The notes below the pieces were generated by a model. The model searched no databases, was not told the origin of the DNA, and was given only the letters and a program-made list of their open reading frames with translations. Both the position numbers and the translations under genes were made by a program. From assembly GCA_951406725.2 (NCBI GenBank), contig OX597817.1, forward strand, positions 53,320,001-53,384,000: a stretch of DNA of 64,000 nt, written 5' to 3'. How positions within the stretch are numbered: position 1 is the first letter of the stretch; every line of letters begins with the position of its first letter. This document shows, piece by piece, positions 14,631 through 29,900 of this stretch. Source of the DNA: Octopus vulgaris. Taxonomy: Eukaryota.

Positions 14631-14660
<30 letters not shown>
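13690..14660. repeat. Compound microsatellite block: (ATT)(GTT)(CTT), (GT), (TA), (GA), (GACA), (GATA), (CATA)
   Basis: Directly visible; source of many spurious ORFs. Confidence 0.97.
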
Positions 14661-14661
<1 letters not shown>

Positions 14662-15184
14662 GTTCTTACAGCTGGTATTCTTTTTATTGTTGCTACTGTT
14701 GTTTGTACCCACATCAATCTTAATCTCGTACACCTCTAATCAAAAACAGTTCAACCATGACCATCCCGTCTTATTAGAGGAATCTAGGACCATACCTCAT
14801 GTCCTTTTCTTAAGTAAGTAGGATGGAATTTGAGCGATATTTCACTTTTTTTTAAAGCATGTCGAATAAGAGCGTGGAGACCCCGTTGTTGTTGGAGTTA
14901 TGATCATGCCAGAAACTCCACGTGGTTCTGCCATGGTCAAATGATCATGCAAGAAATAGCAACTGAATTCCACTCTCAAATAGTACTTTGTAATTTTAAA
15001 AATGGAAGGACACATTTTGAATAATAGTACTAGGTACTGTGTCTGAAAATAAGATGGAATGGTCGAGGTTGGAAAGGTTTAATCGAGGTATGACTCTGGG
15101 CTAAACAACTACACCTTGACCATCTAGATTACTATAGATATTATAAAAATCCTTAGGAAAATGTAAATTAATAAATGTTATGAC

Positions 15185-16180
15185 CAAGACTGGATTAAGA
15201 ACCACAGAGGCCCTAAACACTTAAAAGATTTTGCTGCCCCCATATTTATGTAATTCAAAATGTAAACAATAATAAACCATAAAATAAATTTTAATTTTCA
15301 AAATGAATCTAAACTAACAGCAAGATGGAAAACAATGTTTATTTTGAAGCCATCTTCACACACCAAAAGAAACCTAAGATCAACATCAGAAGAGAGTTAC
15401 AGGAAGCTGGCTGGTTGCTATAGTAACATCTTTTCGCGCATGTTCACTCCACACACGCACATCGGCCACATTCGTTTATTTTCTTGAATATGGGATCATA
15501 ACCCCGAAGTATTGAATACAAGGCAAGTCTACATAAATTCATATATTTGTTTTCTTGTGATTTATTATGTATTTATGCGCCCTTTTCAAGCCTATCCAGT
15601 CTCATGGGCCCGGTTTCCCGGTTTCTATGGACGGGACGCCAGTCCATCGCAGCGTTACTCATTTTTGCCAGCTGAATGGACTGGAGCAACGTGAAATGAA
15701 GTGTTTTGCTCAAGAACACAACGCGTCGCCCGGTCTAGGAATCGAAACCACAATCTTACGATCATGATGCTGACACCCTAACCACTAAGCCACGCGCCTC
15801 CACTTTCTTGTGATTTACCTTGCTTTTACTTCGCATTGTTTTGGTCTTACCCACGATCCTTTATACAATATATTCTACACAATGCTTCATAGTAATTATT
15901 CCATTATAATGTTTATTTTTGTATATTTCCATTATATTCATATTTGGAAAGTTTTCTTTTTTTTTTTTAAATTGCGAAGCCTTTGATTAGATCCTCACTA
16001 TGACACCATGAATACCTCGAAATAATATTTCCGATCATATAAACCACATCGAGTATTATTTTAGCAGGTTCAAAGCGATTTCATTTGTGCTGCCAGCCAT
16101 TTACCATTTCCGTGGTACTCCTCCCTTCCTCTGGTGTCCTAAGCTCCTGCTTATTTTACTTAATGGCTAAACCAGCGCTG
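15185..16180. mobile_element. Non-autonomous hAT-like DNA transposon
   Basis: Imperfect TIRs CAAGACTGGATTA / TAAACCAGCGCTG; 8-bp TSD GTTATGAC (15177) / GTTATAAC (16181). Confidence 0.7.
15565..15803 (-). mobile_element. SINE family C nested in the hAT-like element
   Basis: tRNA-like head at the 15803 end; perfect 14-bp TSD TTTCTTGTGATTTA at 15551 and 15804. Confidence 0.9.
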
Positions 16181-16329
16181 GTTATAACTGTAATCTTTCG
16201 ATGGTCTTTACTGTGGCACAATATGGAATGCGGTGTTGTGATGGTTCTTGGTAACGCCAAATAAAGAATTTTATATTGTGGTTGTTCCTTGAGTAGCACA
16301 GAGGTAAATTTAGTGTTTAGAAGCGTCAA

Positions 16330-17045
16330 GGCGGCGAGCTGGCAAAATCGTTAGCACGCCGGGCGAAATGCGTAGCCGTATTTCGTCTGCCGTTACGTTC
16401 TGAGTTCAAATTCAGCCGAGGTCAACTTTGCCTTTCATCCTTTCGGGGTCAATAAATTAATTGTTTCTTTTACGTGAAGATAATCATGAAGCCATACTCT
16501 GAGTCCATAACATATTACCACAATATGGTCAATGAGTACCTTTAATGGAGTTAGAGTTCATTCTACTCGAATCAAACTACTGGTTCTCATTATTTAAAGA
16601 TTGGACTACTAATTGCATTGACGAACTCTGTTAATCGAACATTCTGGTACTCAGTATTATACACTGATAAAGGCGGCGAGCTGGCAGAAACGTTAGCGCG
16701 CCGGGCGAAATGCTTAGCGGTATTTCGTCTGCCGTTACGTTCTGAGTTCAAATTCCGCCGAGGTCGACTTTGTCTTTCATCCTTGGGGTCGATATAATCG
16801 ATCCGTTTGTCTGTCCTTGTTTGTCCTCTCTGAGTTTAGCCCCTTGTGGGTAGTAAAGAAATAGGTATCTCGTCTGCCGTTACGTTCTGAGTTCAAATTT
16901 CGCCGAGGTCGACTTTGCCTTTCATCCTTTCGGGGTCGATAAATTAAGAACCAGTTACGCACTGGGGTCGATGTAATCGACTTAATCCGTTAGTCTTTCC
17001 TTGTTTGTCCCTTCTATGTTTATCCCCTTGTGGGCAATAAAGAAA
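16330..17045 (+). mobile_element. SINE A cluster (16330-16460; dimer 16672-17045)
   Basis: Family A consensus. Confidence 0.9.
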
Positions 17046-17775
17046 TATGAAGTGTCACAGTGATGAGTATAGTGTTGTGACGGTCGTTGTAGTGGTACAG
17101 GAAAGAATATAATGCCATGATGGTATCTATAGCAGCGAAATGGTGAATTCACTACTGTAGAATTGACAGAGTAAAATGACAGTGACGAATTTGGCACTGA
17201 CGAACTGCAGACTGGGTAATGTATGATGAGATTTCCAATCTATAATCTGTGAGTTGAAAGGAATCGCAAAGGTGCTTGAGTTCGTTTCTAACGACATCGG
17301 TAAGTTATGAAGAGAATTCATTCTTTTGGTGTAAGACTAGGTGGAGTGGTATGATTGTGATACTAGTGCTGTAGTGATGACTGTAGGAGAGTGCTAGTGG
17401 CTGCAGAACTGTGTTAGTGGTTGCAGTGATGCTGTGATCTCTAAAATGATAGAGTGGGTGACTTAGCGACATTCTGATATAACTAATGCATTTGGCGAAT
17501 TCAAATTCATTAGAATGTTGGTTTCAAATTTTGGCCCAAGGCCAGCAATTTCAGAGATTGGAGTAAGTCGATTAAATCGATCCAGTACTCAACTGGTACT
17601 TATTTTTTCGACCCCAGGGGGATAAAAAAAAACAAGGTTGATCTTGGTTGAATTTGAACTCAGAACGCGCAGACGAACGAAAATCGCGGAGCATTGTATC
17701 TGACTTGCTAACGATTCTGCCAGCTCGCCGCCTTAAACTCAGTAGAATATTGATCCCAAATTATCAAATTTCTCC

Positions 17776-18456
17776 ATGAAGAAATTTGATAATATATTAT
17801 GTAATGATAGGAATGGGATTTGCCCACTCTATAGGAACAAGTCATGGAACACTATAGAAAGGACAAAAAAGAAAATAAGGAAGGCCAACTCTTGGTATGA
17901 TAGCCATAAATACCAGAGTGTCATGTTCGTTGACACCACCCCTGGAGGTGAACTAGCGTACCGCTTTAGAAGGACCCTAGATAAACTTAAACTAAGAATT
18001 AAGGTTGTTGAAAAGCCAGGCAACCCTATCAGATCTATAATTGGTAGAACCTATCCTTTTAGTAGAACTCTCTGTACGGATAACTATTGCACTGTATGTA
18101 GATTTAGCCCACAAACGAACTGTAAAGCCAGAAATGTGGTCTATAGTATAAGATGTATAGAGGGACGATGCAGTAACAAGACAGTAACATACGTAGGGGA
18201 AACTGCAAGAAGCATTGGTGAGCGGGTGAATGAACATTGGAGACAACTCAAGGAAGGTAAAAGCTCATCGATTCTGTACCAACACGCCGAACAAGAACAC
18301 GGGGGATCAATCAATAACATAGAGATTAAGATATTGTCCACACATAGAACAGATGCAACAATTAGACAAATTACAGAAGCTACACATATAATAGAAAATA
18401 AACCTAGCCTGAATAGAAAACTAGAATGGAGCAATAGCGCACACCACAACATATGA
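17776..18456 (+). CDS. Penelope-like element ORF, 3' part: Cys-rich linker plus GIY-YIG endonuclease (5'-truncated, no RT)
   Basis: 226 open codons: [12 protein letters not shown], CxxxxCxVC...C linker, NVVYSIRC...C...[24 protein letters not shown]...PSLN, matching the PLE GIY-YIG layout. Confidence 0.88.
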   Translation: MKKFDNILCNDRNGICPLYRNKSWNTIERTKKKIRKANSWYDSHKYQSVMFVDTTPGGELAYRFRRTLDKLKLRIKVVEKPGNPIRSIIGRTYPFSRTLCTDNYCTVCRFSPQTNCKARNVVYSIRCIEGRCSNKTVTYVGETARSIGERVNEHWRQLKEGKSSSILYQHAEQEHGGSINNIEIKILSTHRTDATIRQITEATHIIENKPSLNRKLEWSNSAHHNI

Positions 18457-18974
18457 CAATAGTGGATCCTGCAAACATAATAAATACACAGGTAATTAAA
18501 GAAATAGAAATGAATATCTATGTGTATGTATATGTGTATATATATGTATATGTATGTGTGTATATATGTGTGTATATATGTATATATATATATGTATATG
18601 TATGTGTATGTATGTATATATATATATGTATATGTATATTCTTTTTTTTTTTTTTTTTCTCGATTAGATTTATTATTATTATTACTAATATTGTTGTTAT
18701 ACATACATACAAGCATATGTAATGATAATAATGGGTGGATGTAAACACATGAACAAAATTAGAACAAAAGCAACAACAACAAAAACAAAATACAAATTAC
18801 AAGAATGTATATAACCAGAAGATACAAATATTACAGACATCCCCCCCCCCACACACTAAATAAACATAGACGCACATAGAGATATAAGCATGCGCAAATG
18901 AAGACATACAATAGAAATACAAAATGGCTGACGGTTAGTAAGGAGAGACACAAGTAAGTGAGAAGAAAACAAAG

Positions 18975-19018
18975 GACCACTGATGCGGTCACAGGAGTGT
19001 GACGAAAGAACTTTGGCC
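18975..19018 (+). ncRNA. Hammerhead-like motif in the presumed 3' pLTR of the Penelope-like element
   Basis: GACCA-CTGATGC-G-GTCACA GGAG TGTGAC-GAAA-GAAC-TT-TGGCC; 6-bp stem II, core A9 changed to C; same strand as the GIY-YIG ORF and about 520 bp downstream of it. Confidence 0.6.
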
Positions 19019-19132
19019 GAAATAAGATTAAGATTAATGTAAAAAATAAATATCACTGAAGCAAAATAACACCAAATATATAGTGCGTGTGTTTTTATTG
19101 GCTAAACTGGCAATATGACCATTCCGAAATAT

Positions 19133-19195
<63 letters not shown>

Positions 19196-19426
19196 TATAT
19201 GTGTGTGTGTGCGTGTGTATGTAGGTGGGTAGATAGGTACAGATGTATATATGTGTGTATACATTACACCATCCTACGTCTGGCCTTGATATCTTGTATA
19301 TTTATCAAAAGGGAAATTTGAGCTTAAGCAATCCCATAAACCTCTGCGGGATTTCGATTCCAAGATTAAAGCAACACTTTGATTCTTTGGTGCTTCTTTT
19401 AAAAGACTGCGGGTGGAGAGTGTATA

Positions 19427-19513
<87 letters not shown>

Positions 19514-19627
19514 TAGTGTAAAATCTGCTTAGTGAAAACTGTTTGTGTGTATGAGTGCGTGAACTTATGTGAGTTTCGTGGATGTATGGGTTTGTGTGTG
19601 TGAATTTATATAAGCTGAATTTATATA

Positions 19628-19779
19628 AGGAGTGGCTGTGTGGTAAGTAGCTTGCTTCTCAACCACATGATTCTGGGTTCAGTCCCACTGCGTGGCACCA
19701 TGGGCAAGTGTCTTCTTCTATAGCCTCGGGCCGACCAAAGCCTTGGGAGTGGATTTGGTAGACGGAAACTGAAAGAAGC

Positions 19780-19830
<51 letters not shown>

Positions 19831-20010
19831 TATATGTGTGTGTTTGTGTTTGTCCCCCCAGCATCGCTTGACAACCGATGCTGGTGTGTTTGCGTCCCCG
19901 TAACTTGGCGGTTCGGCAAAATGAGACCGATAGAATAAGTACTAGGCTTACAAAGAATAAGCATGGCCACAGTCAAAATGACTGAAACAAGTAAAAGAGT
20001 AAAAGAGAGT
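19628..20010 (+). mobile_element. SINE family B (tRNA head, CORE-like box, internal microsatellite, LINE-like tail)
   Basis: GGAGTGGCTGTGTGGTAAG...GGTTCAGTCCC...GGGCAAGTGTC; other copies at 30191, 30554, 32504, 38194, 54982 (minus) and 62398. Confidence 0.9.
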
Positions 20011-20045
20011 AAGAGTAAGAAATTATATGCACGTCAATGAATTTA

Positions 20046-20124
<79 letters not shown>

Positions 20125-20200
20125 TACTACGAGCTTGAATTTGTGTGTGCGGGTGTAAGTGTATGGCTGAGAATTTATGAGTGTATATATAAGTATGTAT

Positions 20201-20578
20201 GCGAAGGTGCTGACATGCAATGTCTGTGCAAGACCCTGCCTCAGTAAAGCTGGACTCAAGAGTCATCTTCGTAGTCATAAAGCGAGACAGATGAGTGACA
20301 ACCTGGCCATTGGTGGTGGTGTAACACACCATACTAATCATATCTGTCGGGCATGTGGAAGAGAGTGTAATTCGGCAGGAGGACTTAAACGACATGCAAA
20401 TGTACATGAAGCCCAGTTACAACTACAGCCGGTTATTACCAGTAAAGGTTTTAGTTGCCAATTCTGTACAAGACATTGTAGATCTTTAGCTGGGCTAAAA
20501 AGTCACATTCGATCACAGCACCAGTAACAGTTAAGCTTCGTGCAATGGCCATATTCGATAACGAGGGGGCAGCCATAA
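20201..20578 (+). mobile_element. 3' end of an RTE-clade LINE encoding three C2H2-type zinc fingers
   Basis: Three CxxCxRxCxSxxGLKxH motifs without TGEKP linkers, stop at 20527, short 3' tail ending GAGGGGGCAGCCATA; the upstream side runs into (GT)n. Confidence 0.7.
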
Positions 20579-20581
20579 TGC

Positions 20582-20890
20582 GAAGGTGCGTGGCCGAGTG
20601 GTTAGGGGTGTTGCTTTCACAATCATAACATCGTGGTTTCGATTTCCAGACCAGCAGCGCGTTGTGTTCTTGAGCGAAACCCTTCATTTTACGCTGTTCT
20701 TGTCCCCTCAGCTGTAAGTGGGTGACCCTGAGACAAAGTAGCCTTCCGTTCGGGGGCGGGGTGAGTTGTTGGCTTGCTCCGCCCAGTCAGAAGGGTGGCA
20801 TCATTCGAAAGCTAAAAACGATGCAAAGCGCATTGTGGCCAGCGATGTATCACAACATTCAACAGTCTGGTTGATCAAGCGATCACGTGA
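20582..20890 (+). mobile_element. SINE family C variant
   Basis: tRNA-like head; tail GCATTGTG(A/G)CCAGCGATGT shared with 39821-40123 and 23180-23297. Confidence 0.8.
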
Positions 20891-21529
20891 TTTTGTTATC
20901 TAAGACCGAAGAAAGGAGCAGTGGATATGACATTTGATAGGAACTTCGAAACTAATGGTAAGGGGTAGGAGAGGGGTGGGGGAGCAGAAGGATGGGAGAG
21001 AGGGGTGGAGAAGAAGGGGTATCCTTCTTGGAGATCTGGTCTGAATGCTTGTTCAAGGGTAGACTCCGTTTAAAAGAACCCAAGATATTAATTGGCGGTG
21101 TTAATCCAGGCGGTGGATTAACTTATACAATTCTTGACACCACGGCGTGATTTGAACTCGAGAACGCAGAGCCAGAACAAGCACGACTTTTTTTTTTATT
21201 GACCCCAAACTAATAAAAGGCGAAGTCGACCTCGATGAAACTTGAACCCATCCAGAACTTTAAAAGCCGGAAGAAACGCCGATAAGCATTTTGTCCGATC
21301 CACTGACGATTCTACCAGATAGCCGCCTTAAATAATGATAAAGGTGTGGGGTGGTGACTGTTGCAGGATGGGGATATAAGAAGTGGGTGGGGTAGTGTTG
21401 TGGTGTAACGGAGAAAAATAGCCAACGTGAGTCACAAATCATCTGCGGTGTTGTGACATGACGCAGGCTGTGACGCAGTGTGCGTAACTGCTGCTGCTGA
21501 CGACTTCATGAAATAATGAGCAGATGAAA

Positions 21530-23340
<1,811 letters not shown>

Positions 23341-23633
23341 GACATATTTATGGTGCCTAACACAAAAACCATACGCAATTAACTGTGCATGTGCATATCG
23401 TCCTGTCAAGTGAAGGGGTGTAAAGAAACGGAAGGAAGTAGGGGGTTCGTCGCACGACAGAATCAGGGTAACTTAAACACCCGTTACACATTCCACGAAC
23501 CGCAATTTATTCCATTCACCGTCGGCCCTTAATGTAAATAGAACTCGTGTTTTTAAAGGGTATTCGTTTGTTTATGTATATGCAGCAATGTATATTTGTA
23601 TAGAATCACACATATGCGTAGACTTACACATGT

Positions 23634-23982
23634 GAAGGCGCATGGCTCTGGCTCAGTGGTTAGAACGTCGGGTTTATAATCATGAGGTAGTGAGTTCGAT
23701 TCCCGGACCGGGCTGTGTGTTGTGTTCTTGAGCAAGACACTTTATTTCATGTTGCTCCAGTTCACTCAGCTGTAGAAATGGGTTCCGATGTCACTGGTGC
23801 CAAGCTGTATCGGCCTTTGCCTTTCCCTTGGATAACATCAGTGACGTGGAGAGGAGAGGCTGGTATGCATGGGCAACTGCTGGTCTTCCATAAACAACCT
23901 TGCCCGGACTAGTGCCTGGGAGGGGAACTTGCTAGGTGCAATCCCATGGTCATTCATGACCGAAGGGGGTCTTTACCCTTTT
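23634..23982 (+). mobile_element. SINE family C head with a fourth tail type
   Basis: GAAGGCGCATGGCTC...AGTGGTTAG...GAGTTCGATTCCC, then TTGAGCAAGACACTT; the tail differs from the other C copies. Confidence 0.8.
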
Positions 23983-24030
23983 TACACATATACGTATAGA
24001 GATGTGTGCGTGTGTATGTGTGTATATTTA

Positions 24031-24065
<35 letters not shown>

Positions 24066-24187
24066 ATATGAAACACATCTAGCAAATTCGACTAAGTTAT
24101 TCCAGCCATGCCAATTTCTCAACTAAACTAGAAAATGCTGCTGTATCATTTCTTTAAATTTCCTTAAAACAATAGGACAAGAATAGT

Positions 24188-24228
<41 letters not shown>

Positions 24229-24274
24229 GAACAACACAATCACAACAGCTGGTAAACAACAATAATAATACTTT

Positions 24275-25182
24275 TTTTCTACTCTAGGCACAAGGCCCGA
24301 AATATTGGGGAGAGGGGCAGTCGATGTGATCGACCCCCGTATGCAAGTGGTAGTTATTTTATCGACCCCGAAAGGATGAAACGCATAGTCGACCTGGGCG
24401 GAATTTGAACTCAGAACATAAAGACAGACGAAATACCTATTTCTTTACTACCCACAAGGGGCTAAACACAGAGGGGATAAACAAAGACAGACAAACAGAT
24501 TAAGTCGATTATATCGACCCCAGTGCGTAACTGGTACTTATTTAATCGACCCCGAAAGGATGAAAGGCAAAGTTGACCTCGGCGGAATTTGAACTCAGAA
24601 CGGAACGGCACACGAAATTCGGCTACACATTTCGTCCGACGTGCTAACGCTTCTGCCAACTGAATACTGTTGCAACAAAAGCAGTTTTTCCTTTCTAAAC
24701 TACGAAAGAAGATACCCTAAATAATCAAGGGTCCGGTAATATTGAATCCATGGCAACAACTGCATTGTCCCTTTAAATAGTGGAGTACTAAAATTGAGCG
24801 CAGGTTGAAGTAGGGGTTACCTATTATTGACAACCTGGTTATGGTGTAGTGTTCTCAATATGGCGTTTTACCGAGGATCGTACAGTTAATCTAAGTACAC
24901 AAAATACCCCATCAAGACTGGAGAGAATGGGAAAGTATGCTCGAAGGTTCCAACGAAAGTAGTTTTGCCTCTTGCCATACTTTACAAGAAGTGTAAGGTG
25001 GTGAGCTGGCAGAATCGTTAGCACCACGGGCAAAATGCTTAGCGGCATTTCGTCCCTCTTTACGTTCTGAGTTCAAATTCCGCCGAGGTCGCATTTGCCT
25101 TTCTTCCTTTGTACTGGGGTTGATATCATCGACTAGTACCCCTCCCAAAAAATTTCAGATCTTGTGCCTATCGTAGAAAAGG
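24275..25182. mobile_element. SINE A copies (24275-24658 minus dimer; 24997-25182 plus)
   Basis: Family A consensus. Confidence 0.85.
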
Positions 25183-25647
25183 ATACTTGCAAGAAGTGAG
25201 ATGTATTGTGTTAGGGAAAAATTTTGGCTGCCTTTAACAATACTGGTAAATCGGATTATGAAATGAAGGTCTTAGGGCGGGAGCAGGGAGGTACAATAAT
25301 GGTAGTAAATGGTACCATCAGTAGGTATCAGACGTCAATGTTTTATTGCTCGATCTGCAATGTCCTGCATCGCAGACATTGGAGTTGTGTGTGTGCGTGT
25401 GTGCGTGTGTGCGTGTGTGTGTGCGTGTGTATGTGTGCGTGTGTGTGTGTGCTTATCATCCCACCATCGCTTGACAACCGATGTTGGTGTGTTTACGTCC
25501 CCGTAACTTATCGGTTCGGCAAAAGAGACCGATAGAATAATTACTAGACTTACAAGGAATAAGTCCTGGGGGGTCGATTTGTTCGACTAAAGGCGGCGCT
25601 CCAGCATGGCCGCAGTCAAATGACCGAAACAAGTGAAATGATAAAAG

Positions 25648-25719
<72 letters not shown>

Positions 25720-26016
25720 TATATATATACACATATACATATACTACATACATACATATATATGCATATATGCATACATATATGTACATACCTACATATA
25801 TATATGTATATACCTGCATATATGGGTACAGGACATCAAAAAACGTAGACAAATGAGAAACGAGAACATAAAAAACAAAAACATAGAAAACGAACATTTT
25901 TTTGCACAACGAAAGAAACAAACAGAGAAAGGAGACAGGCAACATAAAGAACATTCCCTTCATCAGTTGTCCCCTGTTTTATCTACTCCGCGTTTCAAAG
26001 GTAGGGACATACACAC

Positions 26017-26047
<31 letters not shown>

Positions 26048-26891
26048 TGTATGTATGTATGTATGTATGTATGTATGCATGCATGTATGTATGTACGTAT
26101 GTACGTATGTATGTATGTTTGTATGTATGTATGTATGTATGTATGTATGTATGTATGTATGTATGTATGTATGTATGTATTGTACGTGTGTGTTTGATTA
26201 AGTCGTCTGTACTTTAGAATTCACTGACGCAGATAATATCAGTTATAAAATCTTGAAGGATAAAAATAATATCGTCTAAATTAACTGAATGAAAAGATTA
26301 TCGCGGCTACGTTACACGCCGACATTAACACCTTATTAGTTATTTTACGCTAAGTCTGTATGTGTGCGCGTGTATGTGTGTGTAATTCATATAGAATTAA
26401 ATTATAAGCACGTGTGTTTAATCATGCTGTATATATTAATATGATATTTCTGTTGATATGTAAGCAAACCAGCATTTGTTGTGTAACTCTCTCGTCTGCT
26501 CGTGTGTGATAAACCGGTAGATGTTTCCAGTGTGGCTGAGTTGAACATTATCATACAGACAGACCCGGACCACCAGCTAACTCACAAAATATCCCTTAAC
26601 ATTGACTACCGTGGGCTGTTGTCGAACGAAGCAGTATCGGATTCACAGGGCGAGAAAAAACAGAGTCTGTTAAGGCCTGCGTCGACGGAAACCAGTTCGT
26701 CCGTTAAATAAGATAAGACTATGTACTGTAGGAAGAGATCTGACGTTCCGGACAATATTTCTCGGCGTTTTTTGTTTGTTTTTTTTTACCTCATTATTCT
26801 TCACAGAATCTCATTATTGGTTCTTTTCATGTCACCATATACAGAAATTGCCAGCTTTTCGTTTGTTTCGTTTTCATTATTTGTTGAGCCT

Positions 26892-28130
26892 ATTCCGCCG
26901 AGGTCGACTTTGCCTTTCATTCTTTCGGGGTCGATAAATTAAGTACCAGTTGCGTACTGGGGTCGATCTAGTCAACTGGCTCCTTCCCCAAAAGTTTCGG
27001 GCCTTGTGCCTAAAGTAGAAAAGACTAAAAGGCGGCGAGCTGGCAGAAACGTTAGCACGCCGGCCGAAATGCTTAGCCGTATTTCGTCTGCCATTACGTT
27101 CTGAGTTCAAATTCTACCGAGGTTGACTTTGCCTTTCATCCTTACGGGGTCGATAAATTAAGTACCAGTTATGCACTGGGGTCGATATAATCGACTTAGT
27201 CCGTTTGTCTGTCCCCTCTGTGTTTAGCCCCTTGTGGGTTGTCAAGAAATAGGTATTTCGTCTGTCTATACGTTCTGAGTTCAAATTCCGCCGAGGTCGA
27301 CTATGCCTTTCATCCTATCGGGGTCGATTAAATAAGTACCAGTTATGCACTGGGGTCGATATAATCGACTTAATCCCTTTGTCTGTCCTTGTTTGTCCCC
27401 TGTATGTTTAGCCCCCTGTGGGCAATAAAGAAATAAGAATTGTTAGTAACGCCGGGCGAAATGCTTAGAGGTATTTCGTCTGTCTACGTTCTGAGTTCAA
27501 ATTCCGTAGAAGTCGCCTATGTCTTTCTTCTTTTCGGGGTCGATAAAAGAAGTACCAGTTACGCACTGGTGTCAGTGCAATCGACTAGCCCCCTCCACCT
27601 CCCACTACCAAAAAATTTCAGGCCTTGAGCCTACAGTTGAAAAGATTATTATAGTTGTTTGTAAGGCGGCGAGTAATGCTTAGTGGCATTTCATCCGTTT
27701 TCACTTTCTGAGTCCAAATTTCGCCGAGGTCGACTTTGCCCTTCATCCCTTTCGCGGTCACTAAAATAGAAACATTCTGTCGGTCACGACGACGAGGGTC
27801 CCAGCTGAGCACTCCACAGACACGTGTGCCCTTAACGTAGTTGTCAGGGAGATTCAGTGTGACACAGAGTGTGACAAGGATGGCCCTTTGAAATACAGGT
27901 ACTACTTATTTTTACCAGATGAGTGAACTGGAGCAACGTGAAATAAAGTGTCTTGCTCAAGGACACAACGCGTCGCCGGAAATTGAACTCACAATCTTAC
28001 GATCATGAGCCGAATACCCTAACCACTAAGCCACGCGCCCTCACTAAAATAAGTACCAGTTGAATACTAGGGTCGATGTAACCGACCTACCTCCTACCCG
28101 GAATTGCTGGCCTCGTGTCAAAATTTGAAG
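26892..28130 (+). mobile_element. Array of five to six SINE A units with a nested antisense SINE C (27780-28043)
   Basis: Consecutive family A copies; the last is split by a family C copy. Confidence 0.88.
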
Positions 28131-28139
28131 CCATTATTA

Positions 28140-28166
28140 TAGTTGTTTGCCAGCTGCTGTGATTGT

Positions 28167-28224
<58 letters not shown>

Positions 28225-29690
28225 AATTGTTGTCCTATTGTTATGGTGTTCCTGTTGTGCCACTGTTGTTATCGCAGTGTTGTTGATATTGTTGTTAGCC
28301 AGCTGTTGTTGCACTGTTGTTATTTTCTTTGTACCAAAGTTGCTGCACTGCTGTTGTGCCGCTCCCGTTATTGTATTGCCGTTGTTGATGATGATGATGT
28401 TCCTGTGCTATTATTGGCTTATTTGTGTTGTAGTTGTTAGTCAGCTATTGTTGTGCCGTTTTGTTGTATTACTCCTGGTGTTATGTTGCTTTCAATGTAG
28501 TTGTTAGTCATCTCTTGTAGTTGCTATTATGCTATTATTGTCCGCCAGTTTACACAATTGTGACACGGCTTATGATGTAATGTTGCTGTTGCGTCACTGG
28601 TCAGCTGGTGTTGTGTGTTTTTATAACGGCTGCCGAAAGTGTTGTGTCTGTTGCGTCACTGCTTCTGTGGAGCATCTCATATTACCGCTGTTGCTCTTGT
28701 TTTACAACGGATTTAATTAACAAGCTAATTAGCAGTTACCAAAGTACTGCTGATGTACAACTTGTCCTTGTCTGGCCCTTCTCTGTTGGAAAGGTAAAAA
28801 ACTATCTCCAACCCAAATATGGAGCCGTTTGCTAACTTAAAAACTGTTATGACGTCACACTGTAAAACGAGACTAAACAAAGACTCTTAACCCTTCTTCT
28901 TCTTCTTCTTCTTCTTCTTCTTCTTCTTCTTCTTCTTCTTCTTCTTCTTCTTCTTCTTCTTCTTCTTCTTCTTCTTCTTCTCCTTCTTCTTCTTCTCCTT
29001 CTTCTTCTTCTTCTTTGTCTTTCTTTTTTCTTCCTCTTCTGACACGTTCTTATTCTTGCTGTTGCTGTTATCGTTGTTGATAATGCTGCTGCTACTGCTG
29101 CTACTGATAGTGATGATGACGGTGGTGGCAATGTTTGTAGTGGTGGTGGTGGTGGTGGTGGTGGTAGTGATGACGGCGGCGATGACCGTATTTTTACTAA
29201 AATCTCTGGCTCCTTATTTTCAATTTTTGCTGCTGCTACTGCTACTGTTGTTGTTAACAATGATGATAATGATGATGATGATGACGATAGGGGAGGTGGC
29301 GGCGGGGGGAATCTTTTTTTTTCCCCAAAATTTCTGCTCCTGCTTTAAGTTGCTGTTGTTACTGTTCTTGAAGATGCTGCTGATGATGATGATGATAATC
29401 GTGGTTGGGGGCTCCAAATGTCTGGTTCTGTTTTAAGTTGTTGTTGTTGGCGGTGGCGGTGGCACTTGGCTGCGTGTGGGTAGGTGGGAGGGTAATGAAG
29501 AGGTGTTTTTATTTCTTTTATTTCTTTAGTATTTTTTTTTACAATATTATTCTTTTTGGTTTTGTTGTTGTTATTGTTATTGTTGCTGTATAACTCTATC
29601 GAAAAATTAAAAAAATAAAGCGAAAAAAAATCGAAGGGAGGCATTTACAACAAAAAGAATAAAAAGAAAAAGAAAAAGAAATTTTAAACA
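28140..29690. repeat. Low-complexity region: (GT), degenerate (GTT/GCT), (CTT), (GGT), (GAT)
   Basis: Directly visible trinucleotide-derived sequence. Confidence 0.9.
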
Positions 29691-29699
29691 ATGTGATGT

Positions 29700-29900
29700 T
29701 GTTGTTAAACCCTAGGTTAGCCAAGCAGGCCCAATGATCAAAGATATTCTAACCGTAACCTTTCGGTCCTTCTCACATACGCAGGGAAGCTAGGATCACA
29801 TTATTCTTCAACATGTTCTTTCCTAAGATACTGGGGTGTAAATTGAGGAAGATTTAGCTGCTATTTCTAGCCGTTTAAGCTACCACAAAGAGGTTTCCTC
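29700..29900 (+). mobile_element. Old dispersed repeat family E (representative copy)
   Basis: GATCAAAG..ATTC(C)A(G)CC.TGACC and GATTT(G)GCTGCTATTTCTAGC blocks recur, diverged, near 9400, 13060, 14740, 14950, 32990, 35870, 56500, 57060, 59255 and 60900. Confidence 0.65.

Noticed and set aside
13577-14821. Long ORFs of up to 342 aa
   Set aside because: Translations of microsatellites (YIYI, CVCV, poly-L/K/N); the same applies to most ORFs in the track.
26892-27760. Regularly recurring sequence resembling a CRISPR-like array
   Set aside because: Units are 150-230 bp SINE copies without unique spacers, and there are no cas genes.
28847-29644. Poly-P/poly-R ORFs resembling a low-complexity protein N-terminus
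   Set aside because: Derived from trinucleotide repeats, with no domain or splice support.
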